Origin: Bacteroidaceae bacterium
GTDB taxonomy: Bacteria; Bacteroidota; Bacteroidia; Bacteroidales; Bacteroidaceae
Reading direction: 5' to 3'
Assembly (NCBI GenBank): GCA_017398805.1
Contig: JAFQEZ010000063.1
Coordinates: 43,472-107,471 of the forward strand
DNA length: 64,000 nucleotides
Position 1 is the stretch's first letter, and every line of letters begins with the position of its first letter. Below, piece after piece: positions 46,641 to 62,127 of this stretch. The notes beneath the pieces were generated by a model. It was not told where the DNA came from. It ran no database searches and saw nothing but the letters and a program-made list of their open reading frames with translations. The translations under genes were made by a program, and so were the position numbers.

Positions 46641-47159
46641 ATGAAAAAAGACAACAGCAACGAAATATTCCCGATAGTGGATGAAAAGGGCAACACCATT
46701 GGTTCTGCAACGCGTGGCGAGTGCCACAACGGCAGCAAGCTGTTGCATCCTGTAGTGCATCTCCACTTGCTTGACAGCGAGGGAAGGCTCTACCTGCAGC
46801 AGAGACCTCTTTGGAAAGAGATTCAGCCGGGCAAGTGGGATACAGCCGTTGGCGGTCATGTGGACTTTGGAGAAAAGGTCGAGGATGCATTGTTTCGCGA
46901 AGCTCGTGAAGAGATTGGCATTGAGGGGTTCACCCCACAGTTCCTTATGAAGTATCTTTTTGAGAGTGAAAGGGAGCGGGAACTGGTGTACGTCTATTGT
47001 ACAATCCACAACGGAGATGTGAAACCGAGCGATGAACTTGACGGCGGACGTTTCTGGAGTTTTCAGGAGATAGACGAGGCTATCGGGAATAGTGTACTGA
47101 CACCGAATTTCGAATTGGAATTCAACAGAATAAGGGAACTGTTACCCAGCAAGAAGTAA
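46641..47159 (+). CDS. NUDIX hydrolase
   Basis: The Nudix box is GGHVDFGEKVEDALFREAREEIGI. Confidence 0.8.
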   Translation: MKKDNSNEIFPIVDEKGNTIGSATRGECHNGSKLLHPVVHLHLLDSEGRLYLQQRPLWKEIQPGKWDTAVGGHVDFGEKVEDALFREAREEIGIEGFTPQFLMKYLFESERERELVYVYCTIHNGDVKPSDELDGGRFWSFQEIDEAIGNSVLTPNFELEFNRIRELLPSKK

Positions 47160-47164
47160 CGTAA

Positions 47165-52437
<5,273 letters not shown>

Positions 52438-52556
52438 TTATAAAAAAACAGAAGATTGATTTATTAAGTAAATTTAATATTATCTCATACTGCAAAAGCA
52501 GCGATAAAAACGTACCTTTGCAGCACGCAAATCCAAAAACATAATCGCAAAAAACA

Positions 52557-53861
52557 ATGACAAAAAAAATATTCACAGCTGTCTCGATAGCCTTCATAGC
52601 ACTTTTTATATGTTGTACCGGAGCCGAAGATGCCAAAGAGAGCAAGATATCAGACAAAAAGGGGAACAAGGGTAAAACACAAGACGTCAAGAAAGCAGAA
52701 ACGTCGGCAGATTCAGCATATCTGTTCGGTATTCCATGCAACGGAATGATAATAGAGAAAGACACCTTCAAGAAGAACGAGACACTTGCCGAGGTGCTTT
52801 ACGGGTTGGGATTCAACTCGCAGCAGATATACAACCTCACACAATGCTCCGACTCTGTTTTCGATGACAGAAAAATAAGACCGGGTGAGACATGTACACT
52901 TTTTTCATCAAAGGACAGCATTGCGCGCTATCTTGTGATAGAGAGAGGAGAAAGAGCTTATGTCACTTTTGACGTTGCAGACAACATGAGTGCCACAAGA
53001 CACGAAAGAGCTGTAGAATGGCGTCAGAAAGAGGTTGCCGGACGAGTAAACTCATCGCTCTGGATTGCCATGGAGGAGAGCAACGCCTCACCACAGTTGG
53101 CGGTACTGATGTCACATATTTTCGGTTGGTCAATCGATTTCTTCGGAATCCAGAAGGGAGATGAGTTCCGTCTTATATATTCACAGGAGCATGTCGACGG
53201 CAAACCGCTCAACAGCTACCGCATCGATGCCGCATCGTTCTGTGCATCAGGGAACACAGTTTATGCGATACCTTTCACGCAGGAGGGAGAGGAACTTTTC
53301 TACAACAATGACGGCAACAGCCTTGAAGGAGCATTCCTGAAAGCCCCACTCGACTACTACCGCATATCATCGAAATTCTCGAACAGCCGATACCACCCCG
53401 TGCTCAAGCGCTATCGCGCGCACCATGGTGTAGACTACGCAGCACCCAAAGGCACGCCGGTGTATGCTATCGGCAGCGGTAAGGTCATAAAGAAAGCATA
53501 TCAGGCAAACGGTGCCGGATACTATCTGAAAATACGCCATAACAGCACATACACCACAAGTTACATGCATCTTTCTAAATATGCGGCAGGGCTTAAAGAG
53601 GGTGATTTCGTGCAGCAGAAACAGGTTATCGGTTATGTAGGTTCAACCGGACTATCCACCGGACCACACCTCGATTTCCGTGTATATGAGAACGGCAAGG
53701 CCATAGACCCATTGACAATCAAGTCGCAGCCCAAGATGCCTATCAGCCAGGAGAACAAGGAGGCATTTGCGGCCGTCAGGGATGCGCTCGTAAAGAGACT
53801 TGCAGCCATACCTTTGGCCGTTGTCAAAGAGAAGGCCGAGGAGGAACTTGAAGAGGAATAA
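52557..53861 (+). CDS. M23-family metallopeptidase
   Basis: HHGVDYAAPKGTPVYA and GSTGLSTGPHLDFRV motifs. N-terminal lipoprotein-like signal (FIALFICCTG). Confidence 0.85.
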   Translation: MTKKIFTAVSIAFIALFICCTGAEDAKESKISDKKGNKGKTQDVKKAETSADSAYLFGIPCNGMIIEKDTFKKNETLAEVLYGLGFNSQQIYNLTQCSDSVFDDRKIRPGETCTLFSSKDSIARYLVIERGERAYVTFDVADNMSATRHERAVEWRQKEVAGRVNSSLWIAMEESNASPQLAVLMSHIFGWSIDFFGIQKGDEFRLIYSQEHVDGKPLNSYRIDAASFCASGNTVYAIPFTQEGEELFYNNDGNSLEGAFLKAPLDYYRISSKFSNSRYHPVLKRYRAHHGVDYAAPKGTPVYAIGSGKVIKKAYQANGAGYYLKIRHNSTYTTSYMHLSKYAAGLKEGDFVQQKQVIGYVGSTGLSTGPHLDFRVYENGKAIDPLTIKSQPKMPISQENKEAFAAVRDALVKRLAAIPLAVVKEKAEEELEEE

Positions 53862-53880
53862 GAGACCCCGTCGACCAACA

Positions 53881-53924
53881 CATAGCCATGGGACATTGTC
53901 CGCGGACAATGTCCCATGGCTATG
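53881..53924. terminator. Perfect 44-nt palindrome between convergent genes
   Basis: CATAGCCATGGGACATTGTCCG|CGGACAATGTCCCATGGCTATG. Confidence 0.75.
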
Positions 53925-53940
53925 TTATATACACTTTCTA

Positions 53941-54237
53941 TTACTTCCGTTTTCTCTTGGGGTTTGCAGGAAACCACCCCTTCTCCACCCTCTTCTTCTG
54001 CTGGAACACCTCGCCAATGCTCCAAAAAGAGGAGAATGCCACCACACCAAGGATTATTGACAAGGTAAGGTCTGCCACAAGCAGAGATGCACCGCCGGCA
54101 ACAATGCCGAGCAACAGGAAAAGCCACCAGCTCTTTACTCCGATATAGTATTCCGCCTTGATGACAAGCGGATGAAAAAGCCCTATCACAAGAAACGTTG
54201 CAACGCCTATTACTATTCCCGAAAAATTGAGTTCCAT
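53941..54237 (-). CDS. DUF4491-like small membrane protein
   Basis: 98 aa with three hydrophobic helices and a basic tail (KGWFPANPKRKRK). It resembles Bacteroidales DUF4491. Confidence 0.55.
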   Translation of the reverse strand: MELNFSGIVIGVATFLVIGLFHPLVIKAEYYIGVKSWWLFLLLGIVAGGASLLVADLTLSIILGVVAFSSFWSIGEVFQQKKRVEKGWFPANPKRKRK

Positions 54238-54356
54238 GTTTTTTTCTTATTTTGAGTGCAAAATTAGCACTGCAAAAGCCAAACACAAAGAAAATAATTT
54301 GTAGTTTTCAATACCTTAACTTATTTTTGCAATAAACAGAACAAAACTTAATAACC

Positions 54357-55682
54357 ATGAATATCCTAAAGAGAATAATCAAGACCGGCACATTGGCGTC
54401 ACTGCTATTTGTATCAACCACAGCCAATGCACAAGAGGCTAAGTACACACCCTCACCCGAGAACCTGCAGGCACGCCAGGAGTTTGCCGACAGCAAGTTC
54501 GGCATATTCATCCATTGGGGTGTATACAGCATGTTCGCGCAAGGCGAATGGTACTTGCAGAACTTCCCCATCGACAAGGCGGAATATGCAAAGGCTGCAG
54601 ATGCGTTCTACCCACACCGTTTTGATGCCAAAGCATGGGTGTCGGCAATAAAGGATGCCGGAGCAAAGTACATCTGCTTCACCAGCCGTCATCATGACAG
54701 TTTCTCGATGTGGGACACGGAGCAGAGCGACTACAACATCGTTGATGCGACCCCGTTCGGGCGTGATGTCATAAAGGAACTCGCTGAGGAGTGCCACAAG
54801 CAGGGAATCAAACTGCATCTTTACTACTCGCACATCGACTGGGCACGTGACGAGTATCCTTTAGGACGTACCGGTACACAGGTAATAGGCCGTGACAAGT
54901 CAAAGGCAGACTGGCCCGCATATTACGATTTCATGAACAAGCAGCTGACCGAGTTGCTCACAAAATATGGCGAAATAGGCGCAATTTGGTTCGATGGCAA
55001 GTGGGACCGCGACCAGGACTCAATACCTTTCAATTGGCAACTCGAAGAGCAATATGCAATGATACATCGTCTGCAGCCTGCCTGCCTCATAGGCAACAAC
55101 CACCACGAGACACCGAACCCGGGCGAGGATATACAGATATTCGAGCGTGACCTACCGGGAGAGAACAAGGCCGGACTCAGTGGTCAGGAGGTAAGCCGTC
55201 TGCCGCTTGAAACTTGTCAGACAATGAACGGCATGTGGGGTTACAAGCTCGTTGACCAGAATTACAAGAGTACAGAGACCCTTCTCCGCCTGCTCATCAG
55301 CACATCGGGCAAGGGTGCGAACCTATTGCTGAATGTAGGTCCTCAGCCCAACGGAGAAATTCCTGCCGCAGCGCTTGAACGCATGAAGGAGATGGGAGAA
55401 TGGTTGCGTGCAAACGGCGAGACAGTCTACGGCACAACAGCAGGTGACATTCCTGCGCAGGAGTGGGGTGTTACCACACGCAAGGGCAACCGTCTTTTCG
55501 TACACATATTCGACCTCGATAAGAAGGAACTCCTGTTACCGCTCGACTGCAAAGTGAAGAAGGCATTTACATACAGCGACAAACAGCCGGTAAAGTTCAA
55601 GAAGACAAAAGAGGGTGTTAAGCTGATGCTCAACGAGGTTCCAAGCGGCACTGATTATATTGTAGAACTTATCACAAAGTAA
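54357..55682 (+). CDS. GH29 alpha-L-fucosidase
   Basis: Signal peptide. KFGIFIHWGVYS, TSRHHDSFSMWDT and WFDGKWD are GH29 signatures. Confidence 0.85.
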   Translation: MNILKRIIKTGTLASLLFVSTTANAQEAKYTPSPENLQARQEFADSKFGIFIHWGVYSMFAQGEWYLQNFPIDKAEYAKAADAFYPHRFDAKAWVSAIKDAGAKYICFTSRHHDSFSMWDTEQSDYNIVDATPFGRDVIKELAEECHKQGIKLHLYYSHIDWARDEYPLGRTGTQVIGRDKSKADWPAYYDFMNKQLTELLTKYGEIGAIWFDGKWDRDQDSIPFNWQLEEQYAMIHRLQPACLIGNNHHETPNPGEDIQIFERDLPGENKAGLSGQEVSRLPLETCQTMNGMWGYKLVDQNYKSTETLLRLLISTSGKGANLLLNVGPQPNGEIPAAALERMKEMGEWLRANGETVYGTTAGDIPAQEWGVTTRKGNRLFVHIFDLDKKELLLPLDCKVKKAFTYSDKQPVKFKKTKEGVKLMLNEVPSGTDYIVELITK

Positions 55683-55920
55683 TCATACATTAAACATTTT
55701 TATAGTTTCTACACTTGACAACGCCAATTACTCCCCGGTACCCTTCACTGCTTCGCGAAGCCGAAAATACAACACACATTTCTGTTTCCAACTCCTCCCC
55801 TGTCTTAGGGGAGGTGCCAAAGGCGGAGGGGTATCAACAGTGGACTCCTATTATCGAATGTTGAACCGCAAGCGGTTTCACGTTTCACCTTTCAGTTTTG
55901 ACAACGCCGTCTCTTCGCAA

Positions 55921-55957
55921 CCCGCACGGCATCACTTGCAGCGATGCCGCGTGCGAC
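55921..55957. repeat. Second copy of the GC-rich hairpin element, within a cluster of short palindromes (55740-55990)
   Basis: CCCGCACGGCAT-cacttgcagcg-ATGCCGCGTGCGAC. Nearby is CTCCCCTGTCTTAGGGGAGG. Confidence 0.7.
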
Positions 55958-56012
55958 AAGATGCTGCCGGCATTACCGAAACTTTCCGTTTTAACATTTA
56001 ACTTTTCAAAAT

Positions 56013-56747
56013 ATGCCAATACTTGAAATATGCGCGGGCAGCGTGGAAAGCGCTCTCGCAGCACGTGACGGAGGAGCACAACGCATAGAGCTTTGCGCAG
56101 CACTTGAAGTGGGCGGCGTCACACCGTCGGCAGGCCTTATTGCAGAGGCACGCAAAGTTGAAGGAATTACCTTGAATGTAATCATACGTCCTCGTGGCGG
56201 CGATTTTCTCTACAACGAATACGAAGCCGCATGCATGGAGCAGGACATACACACATGCAAGCAGCTGGGTGTTGACGGTGTAGTCATTGGCGCACTCACA
56301 GCCGATGGCGATATTGACACAGCACTATGCAAACGCTTGATAACCGCAGCCGACGGCATGAGCGTAACCTTCCATCGCGCATTCGACATGTGCCGCGACC
56401 CCAAAGCGGCTCTTGAAGAACTCATCACCATCGGGTGCGACAGGGTTCTCACATCGGGACAGGCAGCAACAGCCCAGGCAGGTATTCCCCTGCTGAAAGA
56501 GCTTGTGGAGCAGGCCGACGGGCGCATAATAATAATGCCCGGATGCGGAGTGAACAGCGGTAACGCAAGCGCAATACTACAGGCTACAGGCGCCAATGAG
56601 ATTCACGCATCGGCACGCAAGATTGTAGGCAGCGGCATGAAGTTCCGTCATAGCGGTGTCTCAATGGGCAACCCCGACAGCGATGAGTACGCCCGCAAGG
56701 AGACATGCGAGGAAGAGGTAAAGAGAATTGTTGAGGCAATATCTTAA
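56013..56747 (+). CDS. cutC: Copper homeostasis protein CutC
   Basis: LEICAGSVESALAARDGGAQRIELC, IIRPRGGDFLY, VTFHRAFD and VLTSGQ are collinear with E. coli CutC. Confidence 0.85.
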   Translation: MPILEICAGSVESALAARDGGAQRIELCAALEVGGVTPSAGLIAEARKVEGITLNVIIRPRGGDFLYNEYEAACMEQDIHTCKQLGVDGVVIGALTADGDIDTALCKRLITAADGMSVTFHRAFDMCRDPKAALEELITIGCDRVLTSGQAATAQAGIPLLKELVEQADGRIIIMPGCGVNSGNASAILQATGANEIHASARKIVGSGMKFRHSGVSMGNPDSDEYARKETCEEEVKRIVEAIS

Positions 56748-56759
56748 TGCTACAAATCA

Positions 56760-56809
56760 CCGACACAAGCAGCTCCGCACGATGCATCGTGCGGAGCTGC
56801 TTGTGTCGG
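56760..56809. terminator. Perfect 50-nt palindrome between convergent genes
   Basis: CCGACACAAGCAGCTCCGCACGATG|CATCGTGCGGAGCTGCTTGTGTCGG. Confidence 0.75.
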
Positions 56810-56976
56810 GCTGTATCAGACAACCCCTATCGTCTGTAACCAATAATGGAAATCATCCACTGTTGCATACTCGTTCATTTCGATGTAGTTTATCGCATAG
56901 TCAAGCGATACGGAATATCCGTAGTTGGCATACAGTTCCTCAATGAGAACTTCAGGGGCTATCGGAACAAACATTT

Positions 56977-59625
56977 TTACTCGGAAAGTTGCTTTACCAC
57001 TTTTATCAGCTGCTCACCAAGACCTATCGAGTAACCCTGTGACATAAAGACTACTCGGTTGAAAGTATCGGCTACAAGTATAATCGGTCGGTTAGAACTC
57101 TTCAGTTTCATATTCTTCACTATCTCATTGTATATAGTGTCGTCAATGTCTGTGCCCCATACGACAGTAGATGGCAGGTCAGGGAAATCGTTTACAAAGC
57201 GGCTTGCCTCTTCCTGGTTACGGAACAGGAGCACCATCTTCTGGCCCCACTTTTCGAACTCATTCTTATAAGGCATCACGTCGCGCAGGAAGTGGTTTGT
57301 AGGTTCGCTGTTGGGGTCTATTAGCGCAATCACGTAATAACCACGGCCTGTTGCCGAAAGCAATGAACGTTCGCGGTTCTCCTTAGTATCATAGAAGAGA
57401 TTCTCGCTATTGAAATCACCGATAACCTGAAGTTCCTCACTGCTCTCGCGCTGCACATAGTTTATAACATTTTCCTCACCCTCCTTTACAGTGAAGAATG
57501 TAAGGTGCGCTTGGACACCGCCGTCAGCCATACGTGTACCGGTCATCATCAGATAATCCCCGGCATCCATAGGTGTGCCACCGCGGAAATGGGAATCTAC
57601 TGTGGTCTTCTCCTCGGGATAACCGAGCAGTTGCAGACGGCCGTCTGTAATTTTCGAAATTGAGAAGTGGGAATAGTATTTGGGATTATCGAAATAACGG
57701 GTCGGAGTAAACTCCAGTTTAATGCGTCCCTGAGGTGCATTCTCACCTACTGTGGCCTCAAAATCCACATCGGTCCACCGCCCCGGAGCATGCATATACT
57801 GGGTTTTGCCTGTAACCTCGTCGATACGCGCCGGTATACCGATTGCCCTTGCTCCTGAGACAAAGAAGATATCACGTGAATGAGGGTCGGCAACACGCAA
57901 ATTCCACACACCCTCGGGAGACATGCAGAGCGACAACGGGTTCCATTCACCATTAACTGCAATACTGTCACGGCACCAGTTTACCCAGCGCTGGGGGTCA
58001 CCGGCAAAGAACTGTCGTTGCTCTGCATCGAACTGTTTGCGGAAGAAAGCCTTGTAAGGAGTAAGCATCTCGTTGCTTACTCTTGGATTGAGGATATAAT
58101 TGCGGAAATCCTCATCATAGCTGCCGTTGCGTGCAGTGTTCATCAAATGGTCGTCAAGAACCTCAAGGCTTATGTCGCGGAGATCCTTGTCCGATATTAC
58201 AGAAAGCAGATAGTATGCAAGCGCCAACTCCTCGCGCGGAGTTTCGGAAAGGAATTTCACTATTGTCTCGTGATTGCCGCGTGACTTGCGCAGGAGATCT
58301 ACGATATCCCTCTCATGAAGGCCAACGAATCCCAGGAACTGGGCAAACATACCCGCCTTCTCCGGAGTAATGAATGTAGCCACATAGGCATTACGGATAG
58401 AATCCTCCCGAGCGAAACGGCGTGCATTCTCTGCAGCCTGCTTCGGGCTTACAGGCGGTACATTGTTACGCTCGCATGGGGGAGTGATATCCATTTCAAG
58501 AGTCGCTGTATAGCCGGGTGCCTTGTCGATGACAACCTTCACACTCTTATCCTTGCCTGCAGTGAACTTTGCAAAACCGAACTTGCCGTTGTGCGAAGCC
58601 CATGCAACCATGTCACCGAGTCCTGTAGTGATTGAAGTTTTGCCCTTTTTATCGCTCTTTTTTGTCGCAGCGGTAAAAAATTCGGCATAGTTGTATATCT
58701 TGAACTCAACGGTTGCACCCTGCAGCGGTGCACCGGCCTCATCAACAACCTCGATATATGTAGTCGCAACAGGAGCATAATTGGATGTGACATTTATCTC
58801 GGTAAAACAAGGGGTAACGCTCAGCACCTCTTCGGGACCGTCGTAACTGCCGAAAGCGTTGGTGTGCATGAGCATGCCTCGTGACGCAGGAGCATTGAAC
58901 CATGCAAGATTAAGCACCGGCTCGGGTTCGCATGCACCCAGGAAATACCATTTTCCGTCTACCCAGGCCTCCACCCAAGCATGGTTGTTGTCGGTGTGCG
59001 CCCAACGTGGAGTATATACCTGACGGGCCGGAATACCGACTGCACGCAGAGCCGCTACAGTAAAAGTAGATTCCTCACCGCAACGTCCGTATGCAGTGCG
59101 CACAGTTGCAAGTGGGGAACTTGTGCGAATGTCGCTCGGAGTATATGTCACCTTCTCGTGACACCAATGGTTCACCTCAAGCACAGCATCGTGCATGGAT
59201 AGACCCTCTACCCTCTCCTTCAACTCCTTGAAGAAGACTTCCCGGCTGTTGTCAAGATTTTCGTTGTTCACACGCACCGGCAACACAAAGTGCAGGAACT
59301 CCCTTACAGGGACACTCTTGCCCCATGGCATCTCGGCACGTGCCCTCAAGGCATAGTTCACATTGTTGAGATGAAACTCGCCCGGATAGTCTGTAATGTC
59401 GGGAAGCGGCATATATGCATATACGAACTGCAGTGCCTGACGCTGCTCATCGGAGAGCACTTTATTGAAAACGGCAAAGCAGTTGTCGTTACCGACTACA
59501 GAGCGTCTTTTCTCGAAATCACGTGCAATCTTTCCGTTCTTGTCAAGATTCTTCTGTGCAAAAGAGTTGCATGGGGCAAGCAGCAAAACCGCCGCAGCAA
59601 TGGATATCAGTAGTGTCTTCTTCAT
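56977..59625 (-). CDS. Secreted transglutaminase-domain protein
   Basis: The ATG at 59625 gives the signal peptide MKKTLLISIAAAVLLLAPCNSFAQ. GRCGEESTFTVAALRAVGIPARQVYTPRWAHTDNNHAWVEAW is a canonical transglutaminase core. Confidence 0.75.
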   Translation of the reverse strand: MKKTLLISIAAAVLLLAPCNSFAQKNLDKNGKIARDFEKRRSVVGNDNCFAVFNKVLSDEQRQALQFVYAYMPLPDITDYPGEFHLNNVNYALRARAEMPWGKSVPVREFLHFVLPVRVNNENLDNSREVFFKELKERVEGLSMHDAVLEVNHWCHEKVTYTPSDIRTSSPLATVRTAYGRCGEESTFTVAALRAVGIPARQVYTPRWAHTDNNHAWVEAWVDGKWYFLGACEPEPVLNLAWFNAPASRGMLMHTNAFGSYDGPEEVLSVTPCFTEINVTSNYAPVATTYIEVVDEAGAPLQGATVEFKIYNYAEFFTAATKKSDKKGKTSITTGLGDMVAWASHNGKFGFAKFTAGKDKSVKVVIDKAPGYTATLEMDITPPCERNNVPPVSPKQAAENARRFAREDSIRNAYVATFITPEKAGMFAQFLGFVGLHERDIVDLLRKSRGNHETIVKFLSETPREELALAYYLLSVISDKDLRDISLEVLDDHLMNTARNGSYDEDFRNYILNPRVSNEMLTPYKAFFRKQFDAEQRQFFAGDPQRWVNWCRDSIAVNGEWNPLSLCMSPEGVWNLRVADPHSRDIFFVSGARAIGIPARIDEVTGKTQYMHAPGRWTDVDFEATVGENAPQGRIKLEFTPTRYFDNPKYYSHFSISKITDGRLQLLGYPEEKTTVDSHFRGGTPMDAGDYLMMTGTRMADGGVQAHLTFFTVKEGEENVINYVQRESSEELQVIGDFNSENLFYDTKENRERSLLSATGRGYYVIALIDPNSEPTNHFLRDVMPYKNEFEKWGQKMVLLFRNQEEASRFVNDFPDLPSTVVWGTDIDDTIYNEIVKNMKLKSSNRPIILVADTFNRVVFMSQGYSIGLGEQLIKVVKQLSE

Positions 59626-59784
59626 ATCATAGTTTTTTAACATTAGCGCAAATATAACCATTATTGTCGAAAAGGGAGCAAACAGGGAACAAATATTGAC
59701 AAAAAGAGAGCTGCCGGAGATTTTTACATGCGCACGCACGCGATATTATTGGGATAATTCGTATATTCGCAGATTATAACGATA

Positions 59785-61473
59785 TTGGAGATATTAGTGG
59801 AAAAGCAAAATAGAGAGAACAGGCCATTGGGTTACATAGTAAAATGGCTGTGGAGAAATTCAAAGGGTGCACGCAAGCAGGCTGTAATAAATACGGCAAT
59901 AGGGCTCGTGGATGTAGTGTGCCAGTTGCTCTGGGTACTGGCCTGCAAGCATGCCATAGACATTGCGACCGGAGATGCGAGAGGTTCGTTGACAACAACC
60001 GGCATAATCATTGCCGTGCTTATGTTCGCTGAGATATTCTCGCGCGGTGTAAGCCGCTGGATACATTCCGTAGTGGGCAACAAAGTTCGCAACAGAATGA
60101 GGCTGAAGATTTTCTCGCGTCTGTTGCGAGGAGACTGGATGCGTCTGCAGAAGCACCATACAGGCGACCTCACAAACCGTCTCGAAGGGGATGTCAACAG
60201 CATCACCGCACTCATCACAGAGAGTATTCCTGCAACTATAGTCGTCCTTGTACAGCTGATAGCATCGTTCATACTCCTGTTCTGCCTTAGTCCTATGCTC
60301 GCTGTTGCGATAACCATAATCCTGCCTATCTGCCTCCTCGTCAGCAAGTTCTACATCGACAGGATGAGAAAACTGAACCGCGAGGTACGTGACAGCGACA
60401 GCAAGATACAGTCGGTTCTCCAGGAGAGCCTGCAACACAAGGAACTCATAAAGGCCCTTGAGCAGAACAACTCTACCGAAAACCAACTGAAAGAGTTGCA
60501 GGGGCAGTTACAGGAACAGGTCACACGCAGGACCAAGTTCTCAATCAGTGCATTCACACTCATACAGCTGGGCTTTGCAGCCGGTTACCTCGTCGCATTC
60601 CTTTGGGGTGTAGACAGCCTGCGCGACGGTGCTATAACATTCGGTACAATGTCGGCATACCTGCAGCTTGTCGGCCTCATACAACGCCCCACCATGGACC
60701 TGAGCAAGTTCATTCCCGGAATAGTATCATCACTTACGGCAGCAGATCGTCTGTGCGAGCTTGAGGACATTCCGCTTGAGAAGCAGGGAGAAACAATAAT
60801 GCTTGAAGGAACTGCTGGAGTACGTTTCAAGGGCGTTTCATTCCAGTATACCGAGACAAGCAGGATGATTCTCGACAACTTCAGTTTCGACTTTTCGCCG
60901 AACAGCAGCACAGCCATTGTGGGAGAGACCGGAGCAGGTAAAACGACACTTATCCGCCTGCTTGTCGCACTCATAAATCCCAAGAGCGGAAGCATTGAAC
61001 TTTATAACGATAACGAGTGCCGTACATCATCTACACTCACCCGACGCAACTTCGTATATATTCCGCAGGGGAACAGCCTCGTAAGCGGAACAATCAGGGA
61101 AAACCTGCTTATGGGAGACCCGGATGCCACTGAAGAACAGATGAAGAGAGCGCTCTACATCGCATGCGCCGACTATGTCTACGACCTGCCGAGAGGCATT
61201 GACAACGAGGTGACCGAGCGTGGAGGAGGACTCAGCGAAGGACAGGCACAACGCATAGCCGTTGCACGTTCCATCCTGCGCCCCGGAAGCATACTCATCC
61301 TTGACGAGGTGACATCGGCGCTCGATGAGGAGACCGAGCAGGAGATGCTGCGACGCCTCACGCAGAGCCAGATTGGCAAGACACTCATATTCGTGACGCA
61401 CCGCCCCGCAATAATCCGATACTGTAACCAGGTACTGCGCATCGAGAAGCCCAAAAAACCGATACAAGGATAA
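59785..61473 (+). CDS. ABC transporter, fused permease/ATP-binding (MsbA-like exporter)
   Basis: An N-terminal TM domain is followed by Walker A GETGAGKTT, signature LSEGQAQR and Walker B ILILDE. The start is uncertain (TTG at 59785 or GTG at 59797). Confidence 0.8.
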   Translation: MEILVEKQNRENRPLGYIVKWLWRNSKGARKQAVINTAIGLVDVVCQLLWVLACKHAIDIATGDARGSLTTTGIIIAVLMFAEIFSRGVSRWIHSVVGNKVRNRMRLKIFSRLLRGDWMRLQKHHTGDLTNRLEGDVNSITALITESIPATIVVLVQLIASFILLFCLSPMLAVAITIILPICLLVSKFYIDRMRKLNREVRDSDSKIQSVLQESLQHKELIKALEQNNSTENQLKELQGQLQEQVTRRTKFSISAFTLIQLGFAAGYLVAFLWGVDSLRDGAITFGTMSAYLQLVGLIQRPTMDLSKFIPGIVSSLTAADRLCELEDIPLEKQGETIMLEGTAGVRFKGVSFQYTETSRMILDNFSFDFSPNSSTAIVGETGAGKTTLIRLLVALINPKSGSIELYNDNECRTSSTLTRRNFVYIPQGNSLVSGTIRENLLMGDPDATEEQMKRALYIACADYVYDLPRGIDNEVTERGGGLSEGQAQRIAVARSILRPGSILILDEVTSALDEETEQEMLRRLTQSQIGKTLIFVTHRPAIIRYCNQVLRIEKPKKPIQG

Positions 61474-61517
61474 TAAAACAGACAATTCCACGTTTTTAGA
61501 AGACAAATAGAACTGCT

Positions 61518-62111
61518 ATGATTGAATATCTGAGAGGAGAACTCGCCGAATTGACACCGGCAACAGCCATTATCGAGTGCTGCGGAGTAGGTTACGAGAC
61601 GAGTATAACACTTAACACATACAGCGCCCTTCAGGGGAAAAAGGATGTCAAGGTATACATCTACGAAGTGATACGCGAGGACACACACCAGTTGTTCGGC
61701 TTTTATAACAAGCATGAGCGCGAGCTCTTCCTGCTGCTCATTTCCGTTTCGGGAATAGGCGGCAACACTGCGCGCACTATCCTGTCGGCATTCACGGTAA
61801 ATGAACTATGCGAAGCTATTGCAACAGGCAATGAAGCTGCCATAAAGAGCGTCAAGGGCATAGGTCTGAAGACAGCCCAGCGACTCATCGTAGACCTCAA
61901 GGACAAGATTGGCGGAATGTATGACGGTTCAACACCTGCAGCAGGCAACACAGCCGTTGTAAACAACGACAACGTCGACGGTGCCGTACAGGCTTTGGCC
62001 ATGCTCGGTTTCCCCGTATCGGCAGCCAACAAGGTGGTACAGTCCATTGCAAAGAGCGAACCGAATGCCACTATCGAGCAACTTATCAAATTGGCATTGA
62101 AGCAATTATAA
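61518..62111 (+). CDS. ruvA: Holliday junction branch-migration protein RuvA
   Basis: MIEYLRGELAELTPATAIIECCGVGYE..., HhH motifs (GIGGNTARTIL, GIGLKTAQRLI) and a C-terminal domain III. Confidence 0.9.
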   Translation: MIEYLRGELAELTPATAIIECCGVGYETSITLNTYSALQGKKDVKVYIYEVIREDTHQLFGFYNKHERELFLLLISVSGIGGNTARTILSAFTVNELCEAIATGNEAAIKSVKGIGLKTAQRLIVDLKDKIGGMYDGSTPAAGNTAVVNNDNVDGAVQALAMLGFPVSAANKVVQSIAKSEPNATIEQLIKLALKQL

Positions 62112-62127
62112 CACTCTTTGGCCTACT

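Noticed and set aside
46503-47009. 168-aa minus-strand ORF.
   Set aside because: It is antisense to the NUDIX hydrolase gene, which has a clear Nudix box.
53633-54286. 217-aa minus-strand ORF and several 85-86-aa ORFs around 53650-54150.
   Set aside because: They overlap the M23 peptidase 3' end, the 44-nt palindrome and the better-supported DUF4491-like gene. Their composition is not protein-like.
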